64,000 nt of DNA from the NCBI RefSeq assembly GCF_009914755.1, contig NC_060930.1; one strand, 5' to 3'. The stretch's first letter is position 1. Each line of letters opens with the position of its first letter. Positions 25,326 through 40,020 of the stretch are shown one piece after another. The DNA comes from the human T2T-CHM13v2.0 reference genome, Homo sapiens. A program made the position numbers and the translations under genes. Below the pieces are notes generated by a model. That model had not been told where the DNA came from. It saw nothing but the letters and a program-made list of their open reading frames with translations, and ran no database searches.

Positions 25326-27394
25326 ACGAAATAAGATAATGTAGTGGGTAGTTGATCTTGTGATAGTAGTTGCAATAATATTAATAGAACAAAAGATTCC
25401 TGCTGTTCAAAGTGGCAGATGTCATTAATCATAGGAAATTGAACCTACTAGTGGTTAGGAAAGATAATATTCTATGTTATTGTACAGAAACACATTAGGA
25501 AACAAAACTCATGTTTCACAAAGCTGTAAGTAATCTGGCATCTGTGAAGGAAATATAACAGAATTGGCACATGTTGACACTAAAAAGTTCAATTTCTTAA
25601 AGCCATGCCATTCGATTTATCCTGATGGTCATGTCTAAACCTAACCGTGTCAATATCTCTGGATAGTTCATCACCAGAACTGAACGATCTTCCCTGTTGT
25701 ACTCTAGCTGCTTAACTAAATAAGAACATGACCAAACAGTGCATTTACAAAGCAGTTAGAGACTTCCAATAGCTGACTCATGTCTTGGGCTTTCCACTCT
25801 CAAATATTGACCTGGGTAGCTAAAAAATATCCCCTCAGATGACTGTGTAAATAGAGTAGGAATGTGAGTGGTAGTTAAGCTGGAATATTTCTACATGATA
25901 TTATATATTCTGCTAGTCAAATAGCTTCAGTTTTACTTTCATATTGATGAAATGAAGCTACTGACTCCCCAAATACCCACATTACTTATAATATTCTGGG
26001 CAAGGAATACAATAGGAATTGTAAAGAAGGCAATATGGTAACACTGAAGAGTCACTGTGCCACACAGAGACTGCAGTTCAGACACAGGCCACATGCAGCA
26101 TATCTATCTCACGGCAGCCATTTTTAGGTTATTATTATCAAGACATCTACCAAGAAAGGTTGGCTCTTCCATGAATTTATGGTGTCGGGAGGGACACGTC
26201 ATCTAGAGCTTCAGGTTGGGGATTCGTAGGAAAGGTGATTCAATGTGACATACAGAAAGTGCTAATGGGACTGTAAGATAATTTCCTTATAGTTAAGAAA
26301 GTAGAATTCAAAAGGAGGGGAAATGAATTAACATTTACAAGAAGCTTCCTGACTTCTGTTATTTCTATAAATTATAGTAATGACTGAATTTTGGTGTGTG
26401 ACAGATTTGCTACATGATAAGATGATGAGTAGGATGTATTAGTGCAAGAATGAACACAGTGTCAATGGTAGTGACATCCTCATCATAATAATATTTGCTG
26501 GTAGTAGTAAATAGTCATGGTCAAATTCAAGGAAAGACAGGCATAACATCTTATGGGGTTGGAGAGGAAGGGAGAAGTCAGGGAGTATTTCACAGAGGAG
26601 GTGAAAAATGACCCATGATTAAAGGTAGCAAAACCACTAAGCTTTTGACAGATCCTTAAATAAATTTTCTAGCCCATTGTTCTTTATATTCTCATCCAGA
26701 CCTGTGTAAAAGCATGAATTTTCCTTTTTGTATGCTTTTATATCCTTCTCACTTTCTGTCTAGCTTTAAGGCAGCAATTCCTAGTAACAGGATTATCTCG
26801 TGATTAAATTATTGCTACCTCTTTGGAGCTGTTCCTACTTTCAGCACTATTTTCTCAACTAATATTTCTTCTAAATGTATTTCAGTATGCAGTGCTTTGG
26901 TGAATAATAAACCCCTTCTCCATTTCAACTCTGCATATCCCTTAAACACTTCCTCTAATAAACTTCTTGCATCTAGTTGGAAGCTTCTGAAAATGAACTA
27001 ACACCACTGTTTTCAAGCCTTTCTCTTCTGTTAGACTGCAAACACCCACAGGGCACAGAATTGCCCACAGTAGATGGTGCAGCCATTTTCAAAGAAATGC
27101 TGAAATTCCAACTGGAAAGGTTGATGCTTTCTTGCCTTTTCTTTATCCCTTCTAGAAATATTTAAGCTTCAACTACAATTACATTCTTACTTTCAAATAT
27201 TCTCAGAATCTTTTACCTATATTCTAAATGAGGGTTCCACTTCTTGAGATACCCTTCAGAATCTCAAGATACTCTTGTTAACTTTCAGCAATTGTATGGA
27301 ATTTTCCTAAGCTTTTATTCTCATATGTACCAGCTATAGCCTGATTCCACACATTCACAATCATTTCATCTTAAGTCTGAACTTAAATCCAGAA

Positions 27395-27600
27395 GCTGTA
27401 AGTCCAAATATGAATACCTTTTACTAGGTTTGATATATTGGGCAAGACAGCTTGCTTCTTCAAGCCTTAGTCCTCTCCTTGGTTACATTAAATATTAATA
27501 CTTATCAGGGCCACAGAATTGTCATAAAGATCATGTGAAATAGAGTCTATATAGAGCTAGGCATCCTGTAAGGTACTAGAAACATATATACCATTATTAT
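27395..27600 (+). mobile_element. MIR (degenerate)
   Basis: TTGGGCAAG..GCTT..CTT..AAGCCTTAGT.CTCTC...ATTGTCATAAAGAT.ATGTGAAATA. Confidence 0.5.
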
Positions 27601-27630
27601 ACTGAGATACTGGGTATACCAACAGATATA

Positions 27631-28088
27631 TGTGGCCAGACCATTATGAAAATAAAACTCTGACCCACAACCTCTGCAGCAACCAGCCCAGGAAGCCAAA
27701 CTATAACGTCTTCAGCTATTGGCCCCCAAACACAATTTAGTCAATAACTGACAGATTCCCTGATTTTTGCAAACCTTCATACCCACATCAAAAGCAGAAC
27801 CAACTGGAGAAACCCAAATATGGCTCCTAAGCCAATCACATAGGCTGCCCCCCTTCTAGTTAGCCTGCCTCCAACTTCTCCATGCCAGCAACCTTCAATC
27901 TGAGCATTCCTAAAGGGTTCTCTCTCTTTCTGTTTTATTTACTACAATTTATTTATTTTCAACTCCTCTGTCTGCCCCTGAGTCTCTGCTAAATGCAAGT
28001 GATGGAGACTGACTCCTTTGTTAGAGCAAGCTGTGCATAAATTGCCTCTGATTGTTCTTATTTGAGTGGTCTTCATTTATTTTTGTAC
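27631..28088 (+). mobile_element. ERV1 solo LTR (MER34-group-like)
   Basis: AAAATAAAACTCTGACCCACAACCTCTGCAGCAACCAGCCCAGGAAGCCAAAC...GAGTGGTCTTCATTTATT. Confidence 0.7.
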
Positions 28089-28149
28089 CTTGGTATATAT
28101 TTAAATTTACTTCTATAAAATTTGACAGTACTCCCTATTTTTTCTCAGA

Positions 28150-28720
28150 GAAATCCATTCATTCATTGGCTTAATGCTGATATTTATTAAGCATCTCCTA
28201 TGTAATCATACTATGATTGCTCCTCAAGAATTTAAAAGCAGATTAATTTATGTAGAACCAGACATATGTCCTTGAGAAACCCATGGACTGGCTTGGAAGA
28301 TATGATACAGCACATGGAAAAGTAAATTAAAAAGAAAGTGTGGTCAAGTTGAAAATGATATGTGTAAAGGTGTCAAATCAGTTATATAGGCAATAAACAA
28401 GCTAATTCCAAAAAGTGGATATCACTTATGCTTAGCTGGGGTCTAGGAAAGCTTCAAGCAAAAAACTGGGTTTGAACTGGGACGCGCAGGAAAGTTATAC
28501 ATTTATGGTGGGGGCAGAATGTGAAGACAATCTAGACAAGAAAATGCCTATTAGGTACATCCAGGGCAGGGATGTGCAAATCCACATAGGAGAGAAGATA
28601 ATGAATACAAAAACAGTCTGTTAAGAGCAAAATGAACTGAAGAGAAGTGGTGGAAATTAAAATTCTAAAATTGTCCACAATCTAGAGGTGCTACTAAATA
28701 CTTGTGATCAGAGGAGTAAT
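28150..28720 (-). mobile_element. L2 fragment
   Basis: CATTCATTCATT..TATTTATTAAGCATCT.CTATGT tail, followed by AGGAAAGCTTCA...TTTGAACTGGG. Confidence 0.55.
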
Positions 28721-31064
28721 ACACGTAGATATAATTTCAGATTTAGAATGACTTTCCTCCAGATTTATATTAACCTCTCAGTATGTGCTGGAGACACTTC
28801 CCTATATTTTCGTCCCGTTTATAAAATTTCTGAGTAAAATCGTCACTTTTAATATAATTAACTTTAAAATATTTTAAATTATCAATTTCTAAGTACTGAA
28901 ATTATGGTCTCTAGTTACATTTCTTGGAAAAATCTCCTTTTAATACTTGCTTACTTAAAAAGCATGCAGAGAGAAAGTCTTTGGAGAACATAAAGATGTT
29001 ATGAATATTCATTTTATTATTAAGTCCTCAGTGGATTTTGTCTGAAGGCCCTTAGTCAGCAAAACTTCCATTAAAGATTTTGCCAAGCTGATTCTTATAA
29101 ACTGATGTGCTGTAAAATCCTATGGTGTACAATTGTCACAAACAACCCCAAACACAAACAAAACTAGTATAAAACCTACAAATAAACTCAGGAAAGTTTC
29201 AGTTTATAGTACTAGTTACTTTTCTGAAGTAGAAATGTTCAGCTTTTCAATAATTTGTAAGGCAATCTGTAAGTTAAAATTTACCTTTTTGGTAGATACA
29301 TAATAAGGAAAATATTTTAGACAGAGCAGTCTGAGTCATGAGGCAAAAAGGAAAGGGTAGAAGCATCTTTTGTGGATACTCTCAAGCCCACCAACCTCTG
29401 AGCACTGGAGTGGTCCCCTTCCTGGCCATAATCCCCTTTTCTCATCACAAGTTATCCGTCAACACAGCCAAGTCTGCCTCCCAGCCTTGTTCTATTCAGC
29501 TGTATTCTGATGTATTTCATCTTTTAAAACTTTCAAACTTGACTTTTAAAAGTAGTCTTATTATATATTCAAGGTTTGATTTCAGTGGAATATCAAATGT
29601 ACATATCAAACTGCTCTCCAAATAGTCAATTTCAGGAATGTATAAAAATCACAATGTCTTACTGATGTGGAGAACCTATTTTATTTCCTTTCTCAACCCA
29701 CTTCTTGCCCGTCTGGGTCTCAAACACATACTAAATATACTTAACTCATTTCATATCACAACTCGGTTTTGAGAGGATGACTTTTTTTCTGTATCTGTTA
29801 CAAAATACATCAAGCAGTTAATCTTTAGTTGACACTACTGACAGCCTTGTTAAAGCTAATATCTATAAAAGTCTGGGTTCACAAGCATTTAGTAACCTGG
29901 AGTAGGGGAAGTAATCCCTGCAAAAGAGAAAGTTTTCCCTACAACCATAAGAAGAGTGAATATATGAGGTATCCTGAATCTAGAAGAGCCTGATATCTAC
30001 TTAGGAGCTCAGGGTAAATTATATAAACTTGAAAAGCTACTTCAGACCACCCTATGAAACCCTAATTCTATGAACACTATATGGTTTCTAAAATATTATT
30101 TAAACCTCGCTCAAATATTGAGTCTTACTGTAAATTCTTTTGGAATATCCATATGCTTGACTGACCAACAGTAAGATTAATTTTTAATGGATTGTACCAT
30201 CTTCCCTTGAATGATTATGTGTGAATAATTGAAGTAAAAGCAATGAATTTTGACATGCATCTTTTCTAGTAGTTATTAAATATCAATAATCTGAATATCT
30301 CTTTTCCATGAGGAGAAATAATGGTTGTCAGGAAAGAAAGAAATACAAAAAAATTATCTTGCATGATTGAAGAAATAAATTAGCTACATGTCACAGATAT
30401 AATAAAATACTTTGCATTTATAAAATTAATGCTTGTATACTTAACATTCATTTTATAGATAAAATGATAAAAATTTTACCTATAAAATTTATAGGTAAAT
30501 ATATACATTAAAATGTTTTCAAGGGGGAATAAATTTTAAAATATAAATATAATATTATAAGAGATTACAAAGTTGAAAAGACTGAACTTCATATTCTTTC
30601 AGATGTTTTATAATGAAAAGAAAGTAAAAGGCATGGCTAATAATAGGTGAAAGTTCAGCAGAGTGAAGTATCAATCACAGCTTAGTCAAAGAAAAGCTGG
30701 AAAGTAAAACGCAGCCAATCATAGAAGGCAAATAGTTCTAGAAAGATAAGGTTTCAGCAATAAGTCATCTAAGGAGAAAAAGATAAGAGGAGCACAAAAA
30801 GCAAGCAGAAGCAGGAATATGCACAGATAAAACATTATGTATGTATACAAAAAAGAGACCATGAAGAACTTTGAAAATGGGAAATGATTTTACTGCAGGT
30901 TAGCAGGAATTCAGCAGCTCAGCAAACTGGCCCTATTATTAACAGTTCTCTTCATCACATAGGATGAAAAAAAAACAGAATCATATAAATTCAGCATTGA
31001 GGTGCTGATTGGGAGACCAGAGGAAGTAATATTTGTCTCTACAAAAAAGATGGAAAATATAAGG

Positions 31065-31860
31065 AACCATAGAATCCCAGATTTGAAAGCATCTGAAGGG
31101 CATTAGCTGATTGAATCTCATCTACAAATTATCTCCCCAAAGCTTGTCTTCTGACCAGTGCTCAAAATATATGGTTTTAAAACTCTGTCACCAACAGGAA
31201 TGCTCTTCTCTGTGCATGCTCCACTTAATGTAAGTCCCTTTATAATCTGATTAGCCTTCTTGAAATTATATTTTGTTACTGTAGTATAAACCAACTGAGT
31301 TTTGTATTGAGCCATATGATAATGTTAATAATCAGTTCAAGTTAAACACATGATTTTGCTAAGCCATATTTACTTGATCCTGTGCATAGAGATATGTAAA
31401 TAATTTTGTTTTTTCCCTAACGTTTGGTCCTTATGTTTACATCTAATGATGTCTTATTTTATTGATTTGTTCTGACTGTCAGAATTTCTTTTAGCTGTAC
31501 ATTTGGTTGCTAGATTACACATTTTGCTCAGTGTGTATGTCTTCCTCATGTCGTTTAATTACTTGATGTAAGTCACTAATATAAAAATGATCAAAACAGG
31601 GCAACGAACAGGGCACAAAGCATGATACTATAGACAATATGCAAATTTAGCATCCAAAGATTCCTATGTATATGATCAACTAAAATAAATTTATCCAACT
31701 TGTCCTCAATGACTTCCTGATAAACTGTCACATACCATCCTTCTCCACATTTCTCTAAAATACATGATTAGAAAGTCTCTATAAAAGTTAAATGAGGTGA
31801 CAAAATGTTCTTATTGAAGTTATGCAGGGTCCTAATGATCCATGGCCTTTTTTCCCCCTC
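31065..31860 (-). mobile_element. L3/CR1 LINE fragment (RT region and 3' end)
   Basis: AAGTCACTAATATAAAAATG...ACAGGGCA..GAACAG and TGTTCTTATTGAA.TTATGC.GG.TCCTAATGATC resemble antisense CR1 RT; CATAGAATCCCAGA tail. Confidence 0.55.
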
Positions 31861-32259
31861 TTCATGCCCCAGTATTTTTAACATTTAAAAAATTCATAAA
31901 AGTAATACATCATCATAATAAAAGTCATACAACTATGAAAAGTAATTCTTCCATTGTCACCAGTGACATCCATAATTCCTTAAAAGTAAACACAGTATTT
32001 TGGCATATATATTTTCAAATATATTTTTATTTTATATTGATATTCAAATGTACAGATAGAAAGCTAGTTATATCCTGTACCTATGGGTATGAATATACGT
32101 AGAAATAATATATAGATATTTTATACCACCATTCTATCATAGGTCTACTATTTATTAACACAGCCACCAATGTATCTATCCTATTCAGCTACTTGCCTTT
32201 TTAATTTAAATACCCCAATTTGTTTTAGTGGATAAATGCAAATTACTTTGAACATTGTA

Positions 32260-32720
32260 TCAAGCGTAGATATTTTCTTACGCCATTCCATATTTATTTG
32301 CCACCCTTTTCCATCCTTTTTTGTGTCCTGGGAGGCGAGCTTGCATGGAGTACATGAACAGGCTCCCTTACCATTTGACTCACAACTTGGTTAAGCCAAA
32401 ATAAAGCACCAGCAACAGATTGGAGAGGGTAGGAGAGTTGTTCTTCCCTCTCTAGAGGATTCTCTTGGGCTGGCTATATCATTTGACCACAGGTCCTAGC
32501 TCCAGTGAAGATAAGCCTTTCCTTTTCTGCTCTGGTGACGGCTCTCCCCTTTCCTATTTAGGTACAGAGGTAGCAGCTGGTTCCTCTATTAGAAGCATCA
32601 CTTTCCCTATACCTTCCTAACACATTGCCAACACGTCTTCAAATTGTTCCACTTAAATCTTCCTAAAATTTCATAATTTAAGTGGGCAATCTGTTTCTGG
32701 CAAAAATTCTGATGAATATA
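32260..32720 (+). mobile_element. LTR33-like ERVL LTR
   Basis: TGTGTCCTGGGAGG...GGCTCCCTT.CC..TTG.CT...GCACCAGCA.CAGATTGGAG...TTAAGTGGGCAATCTGTTTC. Confidence 0.65.
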
Positions 32721-32974
32721 CTTATTGATGATTTTTAAAATTATTTATGAGATTTCCCTTCTTCCAAAAATATTTTAGTAAACATCCTTGTACAAATATC
32801 TGTGCAAAACTTAGGAGACTATTTCTGTAGAAGCATATTCTAGAAGACGAATTTATGGGCACCTATCTGAATGTTTTTAGATATTGCCAAATTTGTCATA
32901 AAATTTTAAATATGTATCTACAATAACACTGTGTGAGGGTTGGTGGGATTATAGACTATGTTCCCCTGTACCGT

Positions 32975-34534
32975 TGAGAGGTGACAGCGTGCTGGCAGTC
33001 CTCAGAGCCCTCGCTTGCTTTCGGCGCCTCCTCTGCCTGGGCTCCCACTTTGGCGGCACTTGAGGAGCCCTTCAGCCCGCCGCTGCACTATGGGAGCCCC
33101 TTTCTGGGCTGGCCAAGGCCAGAGCCGGCTCCCTCAGCTTGCAGGGAGGTGTGGAGGGAGAGGTGCCAGCGGGAACCGGGGCTGCGCGCGGCACTTGCGG
33201 GCCAGCTGGAGTTCCGGGTGGGCGTGGGCTTGGTGGGCCCCGCACTCGGAGCGGCCGGCCGGCTGGCCCTGCCGGCCCCGGGCAGTGAGGGGCTTAGCAC
33301 CCGGGCCAGCGGCAGCGGAGGGTGTACTGGGTCCCCCAGCAGTGCCAGCCCACCGGCGCTGCGCTCGATTTCTCGCCAGGCCTTAGCTGCCTTCCCGCGG
33401 GGCAGGCCTCGGGACTGCAGCCCGCCATGCCTGAGCCTTCCCCCGCCTCCATGGGTTCCTGTGCAGCTCGAGCCTCCCCGACGAATGCCGCCCCCTGCTC
33501 CACGGCGCCCAGTCCCATCGACCGCCCAAGGGCTGAGGAGTGCGTGCGCATGGCGCGGGACTGGCAGGCAGCTCCACCTGCAGCCCCGGTGCGGGATCCA
33601 CTAGGTGAAGCCAGCTGGGCTCCTGAGGCTGGTGGGGACGTGGAGAGTCTTTATGTCTAGCTCAGGGATTGTAAACACACCAATCAGCACCCTGTGTCTA
33701 GCTCAGGGTTTGTGAGTGCGTCAGTCGACACTCTGTATCTAGCTGCTCTGGTGGGGCCTTGGAGAACCTTTATGTCTAGCTCAGGGATTGTAAACACAGC
33801 AATCAGCACCCTCTGTCTAGCTCGGGGTTTGTGAGTGCCCCAATCGACACTCAGTGTCTGGCTGCTCTGGTGGGGCCTTGGAGAACCTTTATGCCTAGCT
33901 CAGGGATTGTAAATACACCAATCAGCACTCTGTATCTAGCTCAGGGTTTGTAAATACATCAATCAGCACCCTGTGTTTAGCTCAGGGTTTGTGAGTGCAC
34001 CAATCGACACTCTGTATCTAGCTGCTCTGGTGGGGCCTTGGAGAACCTTTGTGTCAATACTCTGTATCTAACTAATCTGATGGGGACATGGAGAACCTTT
34101 ATATCTAACTCAGGGATTGTAAACGCACCAATCAGCACCCTGTCAAAACAGACCACTGGGCTCTACCAATCAGCAAGATTTGGGTGGGGCCAGATAAGAG
34201 AATAAAAGCAGGCTGCCCGAGCCAGCAGTGGCAACCCGCTCGGGTCCCCTTCCACACTGTGGAAGCTTTGTTCTTTCGCTCTTTGCAATAAATCTTGCTA
34301 CTGCTCACTCTTTGGGTCCACACTGCTTTTATGAGCTGTAACACTCACTGTGAAGGTCTGCAGCTTCACTCCTGAGCCAGCGAGACCACGAACCCACCAG
34401 AAGGAAGAAACTCGGAACATCAGAAGGAAAAAAACTCCAGACGCGCCACCTTAAAAGCTGTAACACTCACCACGAGGGTCTGCGGCTTCATTCTTGAAGT
34501 CAGTGAGACCAAGAACCCACCAATTCTGGACACA
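32975..34534 (+). mobile_element. LTR12C (ERV9) solo LTR
   Basis: Starts TGAGAGGTGACAGCGTGCTGGCAGTCCTC, CpG-rich U3, tandem CCAATCAGCAC repeats, ends CCAAGAACCCACCAATTCTGGACACA. Confidence 0.96.
33650..34230 (+). promoter_or_regulatory. LTR12C enhancer/promoter: NF-Y (CCAAT) repeat array, GC box, GATA site, AATAAAA TATA-like box
   Basis: About six intact CCAAT and about three mutated copies; GGGTGGGG near 34182, AGATAA 34192-34197, AATAAAA 34201-34207. This matches the known ERV9 LTR promoter layout. Confidence 0.75.
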
Positions 34535-34975
34535 GTATGACATCAATTTAATGACAGATTAAGTAGTTCATTCTAGAATATTTTTCTTGATTTGAGATAA
34601 AAAATATCAATCACAGCTTATAGAACCCTCTTAAAATGTTTTTTAAAAAATTGGAAAACTACACATTACACTTTCCCAGCTTCCATTTCCATTCTCTCTT
34701 CTCTTCCTATACACATTTTTTTTCTTTTGACTCCCAAATTCAATGTTCTTAAGGGTCATTATGGAAACAAATATGCTGACTATCCTTTTTTGTCTATAAT
34801 CAGCTAACCTTGTTTTCCCACATACTGGATTGATCCCTACTTCATAATAAGCCCCACTCTTATGTGGTCTTTTAAATTTTAGCAAATATATTTTCATTTC
34901 ATTTAATTACAGCAAATCAAGAAATCTTAGCCTTGGTCTCTCCTTTTCTTAAATCTACATCCTCTCTTTTATATT

Positions 34976-35514
34976 TGTATTAGTCAGGGTTCTCTAAAGA
35001 GACAGAACTAAAAGGATATATGGATATATGAAAGGGAGTTTACTAAGGAGAATTGTCTCACACAATCACAAGGTGAAGTCCAACAATAGGCCCTCTGCAA
35101 GCTGAGGAGCAAGGAAGGCAGCATGAGTCCAAAAACTCCAAAAGTAGGAAAGCCAACAGTGCAGCCTTCAGTCTATGGCCGAAGGCCTGAGAGCCCCTGG
35201 CAAACTACTGGCATAAGTCCAAGAGTCCAAAAGCTGAAGAACCTGGAGTCTAATGTTCAAGGGCAGGAAGTACCCAGCGTGGGAGAAAGATGAAGGCTGG
35301 AAGACTCAGCACATCAGCGTCTTCTGCCTGCTTTATTCTAGCTGCACTGGCAGCTGATTAGATGGTGCCCACCCAGACTGAGGGTGGCTCAGCCTCACCT
35401 AATCCACTGACTCAAATGCTAATCTCCTGTGGCAACACTTTCACAGATACACTCAGGAACAATACTTTGCATCCTTCAATCCAATCAAGTTGACACACTG
35501 TATTAACCATCACA
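34976..35514 (-). mobile_element. MLT2A (MLT2A2-like) HERV-L solo LTR
   Basis: TGTATTAGTCAGGGTTCTCT...CAATCCAATCAAGTTGACAC..TATTAACCATCACA with a perfect TSD ATATT (34971-34975 and 35515-35519). Confidence 0.92.
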
Positions 35515-35569
35515 ATATTTAACCTTGGTTATGCTTCCACTGGCACTGACCTTTAATTTACTTTCCCTA

Positions 35570-37520
35570 ATTGTTGTTTTCATTAAAGTATATACTACAT
35601 AAAATAAATGCATATATTTTAAATATATAACTCAATGGCTTTTGACTGTATGTACATTTGTGTGTGTGTGTGTATTACTGTCACTTCAATAAATATATGC
35701 AACATTTCCCTCACCCCAGAAAATTCTCTTGTGTCCCTATCCAGTCACCCTTCCATGAGAGTAAACATTGTCCTTATCCTGTCACCCCTCCATGAGAGTG
35801 AACATTGTTCTGATTTATATCACCATACATTAGTTTGGCCTGTTATAGAACTTCATATAATTGGAATCATACATTATGAAGTATTTCATATCTGGCTTCT
35901 TGGATACAATGTAAATGTTTTTGAGATTTGTCCATTTCATCCATATTGATCCATGTTGGTATTTCATTCTCTTTGACGTTGAATAGCATTCTGTTGTGTG
36001 ACAAGCCTGCAAAATTTATCCATTCAGCTCTTGGTGGACATTTGGGTTGTTTCTGGTTTTGGGTATCATATATAAAGCTGCCATAAATATTCATGTTCGA
36101 ATGTTTGTGTGAATACATGTTTTTACTTCTCATAGATAAATGCCTAGGAGTAGAATTGCTGGGTCATGAAGTATATATTTAACTTTATAAGAAATGATCA
36201 GTTTTCAAATATGATTGTATCATATTCTTGCCAACCATCAATGTTTGAGAGATCTGGTTGTTCTGGTTGCTCTATGTCTTTCCAAATATTTGGTATTGTC
36301 AATCTTTTTCCTTTTAGCTATTTCAGGGATATCATATTGTGGCTTTAATTTGTATGACTATTAATTATGGTTAGCATTTTATCTACTTTTTTAACTTTTT
36401 ATCTGTTTATGTGAAGTGTCTGTTTAAGGCTTTTAGCCAGATATTTTTAAAATTAGCTTATTTGTCTTTTTATTTTTGAATTGTAAGGGAACATATTTGT
36501 ACTCTAGATACAAGTTCTTATCAATTATATGTACTTCAAACATCTCCTGTCTTGTGACCTGCGTTTCACTTTTTAGGGAGGTCTTTTAAAAAGCAGGAAG
36601 TTTTAATTTTAATATAGTATACATGGCATTTTTACTGCTAAATTTATGTTTTTATATTTTTTAAAAAACTATTAATGTTTTTAATACCCTCTCCAGGAAA
36701 TCTTTGCATACCCACAAGATGGTGAAGGTTTTCTTTCATGTTGATTTTTAGATATTTTATAGATTTAGCTTTTAAATGTAGATGTTATTCATATAATCCA
36801 TCTCAAAATTATTTTTATATGGCATAAAGTAAGAATTGCCGTACAAATTTTTCCATTGAGATACACAGTTGTTTAAGGAATATTTATAAAAGAATACTTC
36901 CTTGTTTTAGTAAAAAACTAATTGCGTATGTATGGATTGGAATCTGTATTCCAAGTGAATCAACTAATTTTCTATTCTTATTCCAATATTCCCACTGTCT
37001 TGAATGAAACAATTGTAACACAATGGAATTTGTGTATCTAGATATAAAATATATGGTGAAAATGTAGTGTAATAGATAAAAATGGTACACCTCACGATAA
37101 AAAAATGGCACACTCCGGCCTAGGGCATTATTGCACACTACTGTAGACTTTATAAACACTGAATACTTAGGCTAAACTAAATTTATTTTAAAGTAAGTTT
37201 TCAAATCAGGTCTTTCAGGTGTTGCTTGTTTGTTCTTCAAAATTGTTTGACTATTATAGGTTCTTTGAATGGCCACATTAATTTTGAAATTTACTTTTCA
37301 GTTTCCATGAAAATAGCCGCTGGGATTTTGATTCTGATTGCGTGGAATCTGTAGATCAATTTACGGAGAATGTCCATCTAAACAACATTGAATCTTCCAA
37401 ATAAGGAACATGAAATATCTCTTTATTTATTTACACCATTTAAAATTTCTCTCAGTATTTTTCAGTATAGAGATCTTACATATTTTTTATTAAATTTCTT
37501 TCTAAATACTTTAAGAACAG
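35570..37520 (-). mobile_element. Old L1M (L1MB/MC/ME-type) 3' portion
   Basis: Antisense 3'UTR and ORF2 motifs (TGGACATTTGGGTTGTTTC, GAGTAGAATTGCTGGGTCAT, GAATCTGTAGATCAATTT). Confidence 0.8.
37007..37191 (+). repeat. Local copy of the Tigger3 internal segment 38181-38352, inserted into L1M
   Basis: ACAATTGTAACACAATGG...CACTACTGTAGACTTTATAAACAC...CTAAATTTATTTT; same orientation, no TIRs. Confidence 0.82.
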
Positions 37521-37684
37521 TGGGCACTGTTCTCCTCATCCGGTCAGAAGTATAGAGGAAGTTTTCTCTCAATACTTTCTGATCTTTCCTGTGGGCAGCC
37601 CATGGGATAACTGGAGAGAAAGACTGCAAGAGTCCTAGCATCCCTATGTCTGCTGCTAGGGACTTCATACTCCTTCTCATACTA

Positions 37685-39098
<1,414 letters not shown>

Positions 39099-39099
39099 T

Positions 39100-39806
39100 A
39101 TGCTAGAGACTCCGGATTCTGTTATTTCCCTCTGAGTAATGATGAATTTTGTTCAAGCAGGCATTTGTTTCATGGCCTTTATCTTGTATAAGAAGTTTGG
39201 TTTTAGGCTTTGTTCGGTGGATCAATTTAAGATATGCCATCATGTCTGAAACGTGTTCCTTAGTCCTAGGTTGTGACCGTTCCGTAGCAGTCATGAAAAT
39301 TCTGAGGTGTTTACCAGACCTCTCTAACTTGGAAGGATTAAACTCCAAACTTTGTCTTCCTTTCGCTAGAAAGAAGCTGTTAATATCTTTGTTCAGCATG
39401 TTCGGCCTTCTAGATTTTGTTTTCCCTCTCAGCTCCTTGCACTGTCACAGCTCATTTGTCCACGAAGAATATATGAAAATTGTTAGGCTTACCCGTCTAT
39501 GATGTTCCTTTTCTAAGATACTGACACTCTCATTTTCCAGGTTCTGTGAGAGCCCTGTAATCCAAATTGTGACTCTTCAACCCAGTAAGACTACAACTTT
39601 GTGCCTGAGTATTATCTCTGTGTTGTTGTGGAGACTGAGGAATGTCCCAAAGAATAAATAAATATGGATATTTTAAAAGTTATGTGTTCTCTAGTTTCTA
39701 AATTGCTTCAAGTAAATCCTTTAATATTTTGCTCACAGTTCATTATTATTATTATTGGCAGTAGGATTAGTATTTCCAAGCTAATTCACCATTACCAGAA
39801 GCAAGA
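39100..39806 (-). mobile_element. Probable ancient L1M 5' region
   Basis: AGAGACTCCGGATTCTGTTATTT..; ends CACCATTACCAGAAG, resembling an antisense L1MD/ME 5' end. Confidence 0.45.
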
Positions 39807-40020
39807 ATTTGCTATATGATCTTTTCAAAATGTAAAAAGGAAAAGTAAAAGTCTTGGTGTTTATGGGAACACTGTAGTAATTTTTGCTAAATTTTAATAA
39901 GTAAGGAAATTGATTATACTTAGAAGTTAAAATGAAATAAGTGGTTTTCTACTTTATCTTCTTTGATGATAATGGAAACTCAGGGCTTAAAAACACAGAA
40001 TTTTTAGTTACTAAATATAT

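Noticed and set aside
25330-27390. Repeat-poor stretch as possible host-gene exons or enhancer
   Set aside because: No convincing ORF or paired splice sites, and conservation cannot be judged from this sequence alone.
32981-33660. 207-aa ORF and overlapping ORFs as a novel gene
   Set aside because: They lie entirely within the GC-rich LTR12C U3, where stop codons are rare in all frames; no domain is recognisable.
33650-34140. Regular ~40-bp repeats resembling a CRISPR array
   Set aside because: These are the known ERV9/LTR12 enhancer tandem repeats, with no unique spacers, no cas genes and a eukaryotic context.
39103-39502. Overlapping 117-aa and 98-aa ORFs
   Set aside because: Both have non-ATG starts, lie in a probable ancient L1 5' region and show no recognisable protein similarity.
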